Shown here in pieces: positions 1 to 9,030 of a stretch of 32,000 nucleotides of DNA. The stretch lies in NCBI RefSeq assembly GCF_000010625.1, contig NC_010296.1, positions 1,380,001 to 1,412,000 on the forward strand, in the 5' to 3' direction. The position numbers were made by a program, and so were the translations under genes. The first letter of the stretch is position 1. Each line of letters starts with the position of its first letter. The notes below the pieces were generated by a model. The model was given only the letters and a program-made list of their open reading frames with translations. It had not been told where the DNA came from and did not search any database. This DNA is from Microcystis aeruginosa NIES-843 (GTDB lineage: Bacteria; Cyanobacteriota; Cyanobacteriia; Cyanobacteriales; Microcystaceae).

Positions 1-92
1 CATGTCTCACATTTTAGCATATATTTCGTAAACGATGCTCATATTTAACAGTAAAGCCGTCGTAGAACGACGGGGTTTCAGACCCAAATTTT
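1..92 (-). mobile_element. Outer terminus of an inserted element that continues past the left window edge (IS200/IS605-like end proposed)
   Basis: The reverse complement of 41-98 aligns by eye at about 85% identity with 28514-28570 (TCATCG-RAAATTTTGGGTCTGAAACCCCG...GCTTTAC). A subterminal hairpin CCGTCG-TAGAA-CGACGG (57-73) lies 19 nt from the junction. The junction falls inside a PemK/MazF-like reading frame. Confidence 0.4.
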
Positions 93-182
93 CGATGACA
101 AAACCACAGCCGGACGGCGCTTAATTCCTGTCACACCGGGAAAATCAACTGTCACCACATCTCCAGTGGAAAACGTCACCAA
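93..182 (-). pseudogene. PemK/MazF-family toxin, 5' fragment (about 30 codons) truncated by the insertion at 92/93
   Basis: The minus-strand frame from TTG 182-180 / GTG 179-177 reads VTFSTGDVVTVDFPGVTGIKRRPAVVLSS, then KIWV-stop inside the inserted sequence. GD(I/V)V.VDFP...RRP.VVLS is the classic PemK/MazF N-terminus. It starts directly after the stop of the upstream small ORF and is too short for the supplied ORF track. Confidence 0.5.
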
Positions 183-404
183 TCAACCCCCCTCCACATC
201 AGAGAAAGTTTTGGCCGCATAGTTTAGGGAAAAATTGACAAGATCGATCTGATCCTCCTCAGTCCAGGTATCACTTTGATCGAGCGATGGTTGTTGTTGT
301 TGTCCGACAAGTTCATTGAGAATGATTGTGGCCAATCGCAAACGTTCCCCGGATGATAAGTGACAAACCACTTGATTATAAACTTCTTGGGCAGTAGTGG
401 GCAT
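183..404 (-). CDS. Small putative antitoxin paired with the disrupted PemK/MazF toxin (family not recognised)
   Basis: The track ORF is 183..461, but its first codon is TTG. The first ATG (MPTTAQEVYNQVV...) is at 404. It sits immediately 5' of the toxin remnant on the same strand and has an acidic C-terminal half. Confidence 0.5.
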   Translation of the reverse strand: MPTTAQEVYNQVVCHLSSGERLRLATIILNELVGQQQQPSLDQSDTWTEEDQIDLVNFSLNYAAKTFSDVEGG

Positions 405-520
405 AACAAAAAACTGATGACTGAATGCTTCTAGCTTAATATTCTTTACATAACTTGACAAGGAAAGGGCGAGGTAAAGAGGGAAAATAGATCGAGCTTG
501 TCTTCATCTGCCTAACGATC

Positions 521-1861
521 ATGTCTATTGTCACCCTTAACCCCCTTCAATCCCATCAAGATTTAGTCATCGATCCGGGTAAAATCACGGGATTACGGGG
601 AAAAATCACCATCCCAGGCGATAAATCTATATCCCATCGCTCCCTGATGTTAGGAGCGATCGCCGAAGGAGAAACCGTTATTCATGGGTTATTATTGGGC
701 GAAGATCCCCGCAGTACCGCTAGTTGTTTTCGTGCCATGGGTGTGGAAATTTCCCAACTCAACAGCGAGAAAGTGATCGTTAAAGGTAGGGGTTTAGGCA
801 ATCTTGAGGAACCCTTAGAAATCCTCGACGCGGGCAATTCCGGCACGACGATCCGCTTAATGTTAGGATTATTGGCTGGTCATCAAGACCGTTTTTTTGT
901 CGTTACCGGTGATGCTTCCCTGCGATCGCGTCCCATGTCCAGGGTGGTGAAACCCCTCAAAGAAATGGGGGCGCAAATTTGGGGCAGAAAAGCCAATTCT
1001 TTGGCTCCTTTAGCCGTTTCTGGGGAATCTCTGCAACCGATCCACTACTATTCTCCCGTCGCTTCTGCACAGGTGAAATCCTGTCTTCTCCTCGCAGGAC
1101 TGTTAACGGAGGGGAAAACCACGATCACGGAACCCGCTTTATCTCGCGATCACAGTGAACGGATGCTGCGCGCTTTTGGGGCAAATATTGAGGTGGATGG
1201 GGAGACTAATAGCGTCACGGTGACGGGTTATCCCACTTTAACTGGACAAACGGTGATTGTACCCGGGGATATCAGTTCGGCGGCCTTTTGGTTGGTAGCG
1301 GGAGCAATTGTGCCTAATTCCGAGTTATTAATCGAAAATGTGGGAATAAACCCGACTAGAACCGGAGTTTTACAGGTTTTACAGGCAATGGGAGCAGATA
1401 TCACCCTCGAAAATCAACGGGTGGTGACGGGGGAACCGGTGGCGGATCTGCGGGTGAAATCCAGTCCACTACAGGCAACCACGATCGCTGGTGAGATTAT
1501 ACCCCGTCTGATCGATGAAATTCCGATTTTGGCAGTAGCGGCGGTTTTTGCCCAAGGAACGACAATTATCAAGGATGCCGAGGAACTACGGGTGAAGGAA
1601 AGCGATCGCCTGACGGTGATGGCCACCCAACTTGATCGCCTAGGGGCAAAAGTAAGGGAATTACCCGATGGTTTAGAGATTACCGGCGGTACAGGCCTAT
1701 TCGGCACGGAAGTGGACAGTTTTACCGATCATCGCATTGCCATGAGTCTAGCGATCGCTGCCCTCAATTCCCGTCAACCCACCACTATCCATCGCGCTGA
1801 AGCGGCTGGCATTTCCTACCCCGATTTCTTTAGCACCTTACAGCAAATTTGTCAAGAGTGA
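521..1861 (+). CDS. aroA: 3-phosphoshikimate 1-carboxyvinyltransferase (EPSP synthase)
   Basis: 446 aa with hallmark motifs: [42 protein letters not shown] and DHRIAMS. Confidence 0.95.
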   Translation: MSIVTLNPLQSHQDLVIDPGKITGLRGKITIPGDKSISHRSLMLGAIAEGETVIHGLLLGEDPRSTASCFRAMGVEISQLNSEKVIVKGRGLGNLEEPLEILDAGNSGTTIRLMLGLLAGHQDRFFVVTGDASLRSRPMSRVVKPLKEMGAQIWGRKANSLAPLAVSGESLQPIHYYSPVASAQVKSCLLLAGLLTEGKTTITEPALSRDHSERMLRAFGANIEVDGETNSVTVTGYPTLTGQTVIVPGDISSAAFWLVAGAIVPNSELLIENVGINPTRTGVLQVLQAMGADITLENQRVVTGEPVADLRVKSSPLQATTIAGEIIPRLIDEIPILAVAAVFAQGTTIIKDAEELRVKESDRLTVMATQLDRLGAKVRELPDGLEITGGTGLFGTEVDSFTDHRIAMSLAIAALNSRQPTTIHRAEAAGISYPDFFSTLQQICQE

Positions 1862-2056
1862 AAATATTAAGTTTTTCTGCGAACGGGCGAAGGGTAACTG
1901 GTACAATTGCAGGATAAATCACAGAGTAGTGGGCCACCTGTGTGATAATCAAGTTCATCGATCGAGGTAGCGAAAAATAGAAGCGTCCCTAATTCAAATT
2001 TCCCTGAAAAATATCTCCCCATCTACCCCACTCCCGTCTTCTATTCCCCACCGATA

Positions 2057-3772
2057 ATGGAAATCATCGCCCAATTAGAGAAAGTTTCCTATATTTATCC
2101 CGAATCCTCCAATCTAGTGCTTAAAAATATCTCTTTAGCAATTCATCGAGGCGAATTTTTAGGTATTATCGGGCCCACAGGTGCGGGAAAAACTACTCTC
2201 TGTTTAACTCTTAACGGTATTGTCCCCCAATTTTACGGAGGGCGTTTTTTTGGTTATGCAACGGTAGCCGGTTTAGATACTTTAACCCATCCCGTTAGCA
2301 CCTTGGCCCGCTATGTGGGGGCAGTATTTGAAGATCCCGAAACACAACTTTTAGCCACTTCCATAGAAAATGAAATCGCTTTTACCCTAGAAAATTTACG
2401 GCTACCGCGAGAGGAAATTAAAGCGCGCATTCCCAAAGTTTTAGCGGCAGTCCGGTTAGAGGGAATGGAAAAAAAATCGCCGGGGGAACTATCGGGAGGA
2501 CAAAAACAACGATTAGCGATCGCCGCCGCTCTCGCAGTTCAGCCCGCTTTGTTAATTCTCGATGAACCCACCTCCCAACTGGATCCGGTGGGAGCCCAAG
2601 AAGTTTTCGCCACCATTAAGGAATTAAATCGCCATCTCGGTGTCACTATTGTGATGGTCTCCCACGCGGCCGAGGAAATGGCCGAATATGCCGATCGCCT
2701 GGTACTATTAAGGGAGGGTGCGATCGAAGCCATGGGAACCCCAGCAGAGATCTACTCCCAAGTACAACTTTTACAGGAAAATGCCCTGCGTCCCCCGCAA
2801 GTGGCCACTACTTTTGCCTTGATCAATCAAAAAATCGGGGCGATAAATTCTATTCCTGTCACCCTAGACCGCAGTTTTGCCCGTTTAAACGAGCTTAAAT
2901 CCTTTTACCATCATAGAACCCCAACCCCTCCCTTATCGTCGGTTTCTGACCCCTTAAACCCCATACTGAGGGTAAAAAATCTCTGCCATACCTATCCCGA
3001 TGGTACTACCGCCTTGCGGGATGTGTCCCTCGATATTGCCGAAGGGGAATATCTGCTGATTATCGGTCAAAATGGCGCAGGAAAAAGCACTTTAGTCAAG
3101 CATTTTCTCAATCTTCTCTCGGCGACCACCGGTCAAGTTATGATTGACGGACGTTCGACCGGTAGCTTTTCTGTCAGTGATTTAGCTCGTTCGATCGGTT
3201 ATGTAGCCCAAAATCCCGATAATCAGATTTTTAACACCACTGTCGAGAAAGAAGTATCATTTGCCCTGACTAATCTCGGTTATCCTCCAGAAATCGTTAC
3301 CCAACGCACGAAAGCAAGTCTAGAAGCCATGGGATTGCTAGAATATCGATCCTATCATCCTCTCTCCTTACCGAAAGGCGATCGAGCGCGGGTAGTGATT
3401 GCGGCAATTTTAGCCATGGAACCGCGTATAGTGGTCTTTGATGAACCCACCACTGGCCAAGATTACCAAGGAGCTAAGGCAATTTTAGAGGTGAGTCGTC
3501 AATTACACCAGATGGGCAAAACCGTGATTGTGATCACCCATCACCTCTATTTAATGCCAGAATACGCCGAAAGAGTAATTATTATGGGTCAAGGAACTAT
3601 TCTTTTAGATGCCCCAATCCGGCAAGCTTATCATCAAACCGATCTCTTGGCCAAAACCTATCTAACTCCACCCCAAGCAGTTTTATTAGCACAAAAATTA
3701 GGACAACTTTCCGGTTATCCTAATTCTCTTTTAACTCCCCAGGAAATTGCCGATTGTTTTCAGAGGATTTAG
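2057..3772 (+). CDS. Fused two-domain ABC ATPase of the ECF/CbiO type
   Basis: Two Walker A motifs (GPTGAGKTT, GQNGAGKST) and two Walker B motifs (LLILDEPTS, IVVFDEPTT). The first signature is LSGGQKQR. The second signature is degenerate (LSLPKGDRAR). No T or S component lies adjacent. Confidence 0.88.
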   Translation: MEIIAQLEKVSYIYPESSNLVLKNISLAIHRGEFLGIIGPTGAGKTTLCLTLNGIVPQFYGGRFFGYATVAGLDTLTHPVSTLARYVGAVFEDPETQLLATSIENEIAFTLENLRLPREEIKARIPKVLAAVRLEGMEKKSPGELSGGQKQRLAIAAALAVQPALLILDEPTSQLDPVGAQEVFATIKELNRHLGVTIVMVSHAAEEMAEYADRLVLLREGAIEAMGTPAEIYSQVQLLQENALRPPQVATTFALINQKIGAINSIPVTLDRSFARLNELKSFYHHRTPTPPLSSVSDPLNPILRVKNLCHTYPDGTTALRDVSLDIAEGEYLLIIGQNGAGKSTLVKHFLNLLSATTGQVMIDGRSTGSFSVSDLARSIGYVAQNPDNQIFNTTVEKEVSFALTNLGYPPEIVTQRTKASLEAMGLLEYRSYHPLSLPKGDRARVVIAAILAMEPRIVVFDEPTTGQDYQGAKAILEVSRQLHQMGKTVIVITHHLYLMPEYAERVIIMGQGTILLDAPIRQAYHQTDLLAKTYLTPPQAVLLAQKLGQLSGYPNSLLTPQEIADCFQRI

Positions 3773-3782
3773 CCGTGAGGCT

Positions 3783-4020
3783 ATTTAGGGTTTGCTGAAT
3801 AATGGTAAAACCCTTTTAAAATAAGGCTTTTGACCTGCTAAAATCCGATGTTCATGCTGCGAAAATAGGATTAAGACCTTCAAAAACCTTGCATTATCCT
3901 TCTTTGAGTACACAAACTGGTACAAAAAAAAGAGGACAACAAAACCTGAAACGACCGGCTACTGACTCCTGACTCCTGACTCCTAACCCCACCAACAAAC
4001 TTTTTCAGCAACCCCTATTT
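3783..4020 (-). mobile_element. MITE copy C (TAGGGYTTGCTGAA-type terminal inverted repeats) with an internal (GACTCCT)3 heptamer array
   Basis: Ends are ATTTAGGGTTTGCTGAATAA (3783-) and AAACTTTTTCAGCAACCCCTATTT (-4020). These match the two ends of the copies at 25338-25566 and 27735-27957 in inverted orientation. It fills the convergent gap between the ABC ATPase and purF. Confidence 0.6.
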
Positions 4021-5478
4021 AACTGTTTCTAAGATCAACTTCGATCGCTTAACATTATCGGGTACAGGAATCGGATAATCGCCATTAAAACAGGCAGTAC
4101 AGAAGGTTTTCGGATCTTCCTTCGTTGCTGTTAACATTCCATCGTGACTGAGATAAGCTAAACTATCCACCCCGATTTGTGCCTGAATTTGGGCCACCGA
4201 TTTAGTTGCCGCAATTAATTGCTCTTGGTTGTCCGTATCAATGCCATAAAAACAAGGATGAGTCACCGGAGGTGAAGATATTCTCATGTGAACTTCTCTT
4301 GCTCCGGCATCGCGTAAAGCTTTAACTAATTTCCGGCTAGTGGTTCCCCGCACGATCGAATCATCAACAATAATAACTCTTTTTCCCTGTAAAACATCCT
4401 TTAAAGGATTCAATTTCATCTTAATCCCCGACTCTCTCATGTGTTGGGTTGGTTGAATAAAAGTCCGTCCCACATAACGATTTTTAATCAATCCTTCCGC
4501 ATAGGGAATATCAGAAATGCGCGAAAATCCGATCGCAGCCGGAATACCTGAATCGGGAACTCCCATCACCATATCTGCTTCTACCGGCGACTCTTTGGCT
4601 AATTGTTCCCCCAAACGTACCCGATAAGTATATAAAGATTCCTCGTGAACAATGCTATCGGGACGGGCAAAATAAATCATCTCGAAAACGCATAATTTTT
4701 TCTCCGGTTTAATGGCCCAATCCACCGAAGATAAGCCATCTTCACTAATCCAAACTAATTCCCCCGGCTGCACATCCCGCAGATAATCGGCCCCGATAAT
4801 ATCTAATCCGCAGGTTTCCGAAGCCAAAACATAACGGGAGGGATTACCTTCTTCTTGCAAAACCCCAATTACTAAGGGTCTGACACCATTGGGATCCCGC
4901 GCCCCGATAATTCCCGTCGGTGTGCCGATAACAAGGCTATAAGCCCCGCTACAATAGCTAAAGGCATCGATCGCCGCTTCTATCCAATCCTTGCCACTAT
5001 CCACCTCCTGACCGATAGCGACGGCGATCATTTCCGAGTCGGTGGTGGTGACGAGATCGCAACCGCGCTTTTCTAATACATTTCTTAACTCAAAAGTATT
5101 GACTAAATTGCCGTTATGTGCTAGGGAAAGTTTACCCAAACGGGTTTCGATCACAGCAGGTTGGGCATTGGCCCGACGGCTAGAACCGGTGGTAGAGTAA
5201 CGAGTATGACCGACGGCGTGAGTACCCGGCAAGGTTTTAAGGACAGTTTCGCTAAAAACTTGGGAAACTAAGCCCATTTCTTTGTAACAATGCACCGTTT
5301 CCCCGTCGTAGGTGGCAATACCTGCCGATTCCTGTCCTCGGTGTTGCAGGGCATAGAGTCCGAAATAGGTCAGTTTTGCTACTTCTTCCTCGGGGGCATA
5401 GAGTCCAAAAACTCCACAGGCTTCTTCAGGCTTATCGACGCGGTTCAAGAATAGGGATGAGTCGGGATGGCTAGACAT
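4015..5478 (-). CDS. purF: Amidophosphoribosyltransferase
   Basis: 487 aa. It has a short propeptide before CGVFG (N-terminal nucleophile Cys), a PRTase motif VIIVDDSIVRGTT, and C-terminal Cys ligands (HPCFYGID, CTACFNGDYP). Confidence 0.95.
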   Translation of the reverse strand: MSSHPDSSLFLNRVDKPEEACGVFGLYAPEEEVAKLTYFGLYALQHRGQESAGIATYDGETVHCYKEMGLVSQVFSETVLKTLPGTHAVGHTRYSTTGSSRRANAQPAVIETRLGKLSLAHNGNLVNTFELRNVLEKRGCDLVTTTDSEMIAVAIGQEVDSGKDWIEAAIDAFSYCSGAYSLVIGTPTGIIGARDPNGVRPLVIGVLQEEGNPSRYVLASETCGLDIIGADYLRDVQPGELVWISEDGLSSVDWAIKPEKKLCVFEMIYFARPDSIVHEESLYTYRVRLGEQLAKESPVEADMVMGVPDSGIPAAIGFSRISDIPYAEGLIKNRYVGRTFIQPTQHMRESGIKMKLNPLKDVLQGKRVIIVDDSIVRGTTSRKLVKALRDAGAREVHMRISSPPVTHPCFYGIDTDNQEQLIAATKSVAQIQAQIGVDSLAYLSHDGMLTATKEDPKTFCTACFNGDYPIPVPDNVKRSKLILETVK

Positions 5479-5590
5479 GGGAGGGTTGGGGCTTGGGGCT
5501 ACTTTTGAGACAAAATCTTAACTTATCTTAATCTCTTTTTAACACCTTATTTATGGGGATTTGGGGGGTGGGGAACAGTTATCAGGTGTT

Positions 5591-5670
5591 GGGTTGTTGG
5601 GTTTTAGGGTTTTGGGGTTTTAGGGTTTTGGGGTTTTGGGGTTTTGGGGTGTTAGGGTGTTAGGGTTTTA
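5591..5670 (+). repeat. Octamer tandem array GGGTTTT(A/G)/GGGTGTTA (T4G4-like), about 10 units
   Basis: Read directly: gggttgttgggttttagggttttggggttttagggttttggggttttggggttttggggtgttagggtgttagggtttta. Confidence 0.9.
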
Positions 5671-5679
5671 GCTGAAATT

Positions 5680-5713
5680 CCCCATTTCCCCATTTCCCCA
5701 TTTCCCCATTTCC
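5680..5713 (+). repeat. (CCCCATTT)4 tandem array, which reads (AAATGGGG)4 on the transcribed minus strand
   Basis: Read directly: ccccatttccccatttccccatttccccatttcc. It lies in the purL-purF intergenic spacer. Confidence 0.9.
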
Positions 5714-5745
5714 TCACTCCCGACGACCGACTCCTGTTTCCTTCC

Positions 5746-8016
5746 CTAAAGCCTTCTTTCGATCGCTTTTGACCAAACTTGCTGTATAGTTTCTAGACTA
5801 ACATCGATCGCCGGTTGTTTATCCCGGTCAAAAATCCGAAGATTCTCGCTTTTTTCGCTAACTTTGCCAGTTATTTGCCAATAGTCTCCTAATTGTGTCT
5901 TTAGGTATTCTTCCCAATCTTGCCGATTTTCGGAGGAAACGGAGACGATAATGCAACTAGCTAATTCTCCGAATAACACCGCGTCAAAACGGCCCTGATG
6001 CTGCCAAGAAAGGTCAATTTCCGCCCCTAATTGGCCACTAATACAGCATTCTGCCAGAGCAGTGGCTAAACCTCCCTCCGCGCAATCGTGGGCAGATTTC
6101 ACCCAACCGGCGCGGATTCCCCAACGACAGGCCGCTTGTACCTTTCTTTCTAATTCAAAATCAATTACCGGCGGTTTTCCCGTCACCAAACCGTGAATAA
6201 CGGCTAAATATTCCGATGCGCCGATAGTTGGCAAGGAGAAACCCAAAAGATAGATTAAATCCCCCGCTTTTTGCCAACCTTGCCCGCAAATTTGCCCGAT
6301 ATCCGGCACTAATCCCACCATACCAATCACGGGAGTCGGATAAATAGACTGGGGGCTGCCAGCTGCATCAACGGTTTCGTTGTACAAAGAGACATTACCC
6401 CCAGTCACCGGTGTATTCATTTCCCGACAAGCTTCAGCAATACCCTGACAAGCAGTGGCTAATTGCCAATAACCGATTGAATTCTCTGGACTTCCGAAAT
6501 TGAGATTATCCGTGACAGCAATGGGGTCGGCCCCAACACAGCTAAGGTTTCTGGCCGCTTCCGCCACGGCCAACTTAGCTCCGTTATAGGGATCAAGATA
6601 AACGTATCGCGGATTACAATCTGTAGTCGCCGCTACACCTCGCCGAGAATTGGCGGGATTAGCACCCAGAGGACGCACGCGAATCACGGCCGCATCGGCT
6701 CCTCCGGGGAGAATAACGGTGTTATTCTGGACTTGATGATCATATTGACGATAAACCCAGCGTTTTGAGGCAATCGAGGGACTATCCAGTAGTTTTAATA
6801 AAATCTCGTTATAGGATTCGGGAATAGGAATCGTGCTATCTTGCCATAATTGAGCTTTTTGGGCGTATTCTGGCGGTTCTGTTAGTAATTCCCGATGATA
6901 AATCGGAGTATTATCCGCTAGGGCCGCGGCCGGAATTTCGGCGGCAATTTCCCCTTTAAATAATATACGGACGATCGGTTCTGCAATTACCCGGCCAGCG
7001 ACCACAGCCTGAAGTCCCCAACGATGGAAAATCTCGATTAATTCGCCTTCTCGTCCCGATGCTGCCACAAATAACATTCTTTCTTGGGATTCCGATAGCA
7101 GATATTCGTAGGGGACCATCCCGGTTTCCCGGACGGGGATTTTATCGAGGTCTAATTCAATTCCCACCCCTCCCTTGGCCGCCATCTCGGAGGTAGAACA
7201 GGTGATCCCAGCGGCCCCCATATCCTGGGCCGCCACCACCGCGCCGGTCTTAAATGCCTCTAAACAAGCTTCTATCAGGGATTTTTCCAGAAAAGGGTCG
7301 CCCACTTGCACCGCGGGCCGGTCATCCATCGATTTATCGGTTAATTCGGCGCTGGCAAAACTCGCCCCTCCCATACCGTCGCGGCCGGTGGTAGAACCAA
7401 CGTATAAAACTGGGTTTCCCAGACCTTTTGCCCCGGATTTAACGATTTCCTCGGTTTCCATTAGCCCTAAAGCCATGGCATTAACGAGGGGATTGCCATT
7501 GTAGGCATTATCGAAGTATATCTCACCGCCCACCGTGGGAACGCCGACACTATTGCCATAATGACTTATTCCTTCCACAACTCCGGCAAAAATGCGACGA
7601 TTGCGGGCATCTTGCAAGTTACCAAAACGGAGGGAGTTGAGGATAGCAATGGGCCGGGCCCCCATGGTAAAAATATCCCGCAGGATGCCTCCGACTCCAG
7701 TAGCGGCACCTTGGAACGGTTCCACCGCAGAAGGATGATTATGGGACTCGATTTTAAAGGCTAATCGCAATCCATCGCCTAAATCCACTACTCCGGCATT
7801 TTCCCCCGGTCCGACGAGAATTTTTTCGCCGGTGGTGGGGAATTGTTTGAGCAGCGGCCGGGAGTTTTTATAACAGCAGTGTTCCGACCACATCACGCCA
7901 AACATTCCTAATTCGGCTTTGTTGGGGTGTCTTCCCAGTCTTTTGACTATTTCTTCGTATTCTTCGGGTTTGATGCCTTCTGAGGCAATTTCTGCGGCAG
8001 TGAAGGGGGTAGTCAT
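5746..8016 (-). CDS. purL: Phosphoribosylformylglycinamidine synthase subunit PurL (FGAM synthase II)
   Basis: Contains [23 protein letters not shown] and paired AIR-synthase-like domains. The track ORF starts at 8046. The ATG at 8016 ([20 protein letters not shown]) fits typical PurL N-termini better. Confidence 0.93.
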   Translation of the reverse strand: MTTPFTAAEIASEGIKPEEYEEIVKRLGRHPNKAELGMFGVMWSEHCCYKNSRPLLKQFPTTGEKILVGPGENAGVVDLGDGLRLAFKIESHNHPSAVEPFQGAATGVGGILRDIFTMGARPIAILNSLRFGNLQDARNRRIFAGVVEGISHYGNSVGVPTVGGEIYFDNAYNGNPLVNAMALGLMETEEIVKSGAKGLGNPVLYVGSTTGRDGMGGASFASAELTDKSMDDRPAVQVGDPFLEKSLIEACLEAFKTGAVVAAQDMGAAGITCSTSEMAAKGGVGIELDLDKIPVRETGMVPYEYLLSESQERMLFVAASGREGELIEIFHRWGLQAVVAGRVIAEPIVRILFKGEIAAEIPAAALADNTPIYHRELLTEPPEYAQKAQLWQDSTIPIPESYNEILLKLLDSPSIASKRWVYRQYDHQVQNNTVILPGGADAAVIRVRPLGANPANSRRGVAATTDCNPRYVYLDPYNGAKLAVAEAARNLSCVGADPIAVTDNLNFGSPENSIGYWQLATACQGIAEACREMNTPVTGGNVSLYNETVDAAGSPQSIYPTPVIGMVGLVPDIGQICGQGWQKAGDLIYLLGFSLPTIGASEYLAVIHGLVTGKPPVIDFELERKVQAACRWGIRAGWVKSAHDCAEGGLATALAECCISGQLGAEIDLSWQHQGRFDAVLFGELASCIIVSVSSENRQDWEEYLKTQLGDYWQITGKVSEKSENLRIFDRDKQPAIDVSLETIQQVWSKAIERRL

Positions 8017-8104
8017 GGGACAATGCGATCGAGGGACAACATTCATTGTATAACGTCTGATGAGATCGAGTTATACTGCTTAGTAAAAGACAAAAAAGTT
8101 AAAG

Positions 8105-8305
8105 ATGAATATTAAAGTTATTGTTTGGCAAGAAGATGATTTATGGTGTGCCACCGTTCCAGCTTTCCCCGGTTGTCATACTTGGGGAGAAAGTTATGAA
8201 CATTTAATGGCAATGGTCAAAGAAGCGGTGGAAGGATGGTTAGAAGTGGCTAATGAACAGGAGTTGCCTAATCCAGAACAAAAATTAGTGGAAATTTCCT
8301 TATGA
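8105..8305 (+). CDS. hicB: HicB-like antitoxin (short form, no appended DNA-binding domain)
   Basis: 66 aa. WQEDDLWCATVPAFPGCHTWGESYEHLMAMVKEAVEGWLE is the HicB/UPF0150 fold signature. It overlaps the next gene by ATGA (8302-8305). Confidence 0.8.
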   Translation: MNIKVIVWQEDDLWCATVPAFPGCHTWGESYEHLMAMVKEAVEGWLEVANEQELPNPEQKLVEISL

Positions 8306-8508
8306 AATCAATTTCGGGGAAAAAACTCTGCAAAGTTCTTGAGAAACTTGGTTGGATATTGGTAAGAATTAAAGGCAGTCATTATATCTATACAAGACAG
8401 AATACGACCACTATTATCGTTGTTCCTATTCATGGCAATAGAGATTTACCGATAGGAACTCTCAAAGGTATTTTAAAAGATGCGGGCTTAAACGAAGATG
8501 ATATTTAA
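8302..8508 (+). CDS. hicA: HicA mRNA-interferase toxin
   Basis: 68 aa with the YcfA/HicA pattern: SGKKLCKVLEKLGW..VRIKGSHYIY......IVVPIHGNRDLPIGTLKGILKDAGL. Confidence 0.85.
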   Translation: MKSISGKKLCKVLEKLGWILVRIKGSHYIYTRQNTTTIIVVPIHGNRDLPIGTLKGILKDAGLNEDDI

Positions 8509-8625
8509 CCAGAGCTTGACTAACCTTTGAGCAAAAAATACTCCTCTATTTTCCACAGTCATTATCCTGAGAGTTAGTAGTTATAGCCGTGTTATCCTGA
8601 TAATATTGGCTTTCAAAACTAAAAT

Positions 8626-8811
8626 ATGGATGCCCTGATTCAAGAACTGGAAATTAAACTGCGTCAATGGCAACCGGCAACTGTTGAACAGGTGGGACGT
8701 TATCTTGTCGAGATTATCGAATTAGCAGACCAAGACGCGTTAGAACTTCTCCGTTCTAGATTGGTTGAGCAGGAGGTATTAGATATAATTGAGGAACCCG
8801 AAACCAGGTGA
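8626..8811 (+). CDS. Small acidic putative antitoxin (orphaned)
   Basis: 61 aa, helical and acidic. Upstream are two TTATCCTGA repeats 30 bp apart (8562-8570, 8592-8600) next to TAATAT (8601-8606). A PemK-like start overlaps its stop codon. Confidence 0.45.
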   Translation: MDALIQELEIKLRQWQPATVEQVGRYLVEIIELADQDALELLRSRLVEQEVLDIIEEPETR

Positions 8812-9006
8812 AATTTCGTTGAGGTAGCCTAAGATACTGGTTTCAATATAGACGGTTTCGCTCACGGCGATAGGAGAAAATCTATCCAATGTCCATCATA
8901 CCCTATTTAATCTTGGTTCCGATGGTGTTGGGTAACAGTCCTCATCCCAATTGCTCAAAAACAGGAGCTTACTGAAGAACACAATAAAAAACTTCTGCTA
9001 AACTAG
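8789..9006 (+). pseudogene. Decayed PemK/MazF-family toxin (stops, frameshifts, probable internal deletion)
   Basis: From TTG 8789 the frame reads RNPKPGEISLR-stop, PKILVSI-stop, then TVSLTAIGENLSNVHHTLFNL. In another frame it reads ...IPIAQKQELTEEHNKKLLLN-stop at 9004-9006. The fragments resemble the order GEIWLV / RPxLVxS / PLTS / C-terminal helix of MazF-like toxins. Recognition is by eye only. Confidence 0.35.
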
Positions 9007-9030
9007 AGGCCTCTTTTTGAGTTTAATTGC

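Noticed and set aside
1862-2056. Possible cobalamin riboswitch upstream of the CbiO-like ATPase (GGGCCACCTG resembles the GCCACUG box)
   Set aside because: There is only one short partial match. I could not find the B12-box or the multi-stem core. It needs a covariance-model scan before any claim.
5591-5713. CRISPR array or true telomeric function for the tandem G-rich repeats (also the heptamer arrays at 3964-3985, 25375-25410 and 27770-27797)
   Set aside because: The units are 7-8 nt and contiguous, with no 30-40 nt unique spacers and no cas genes. The resemblance to T4G4 is compositional, since this is a bacterial chromosome. They are treated as STRR-type repeats.
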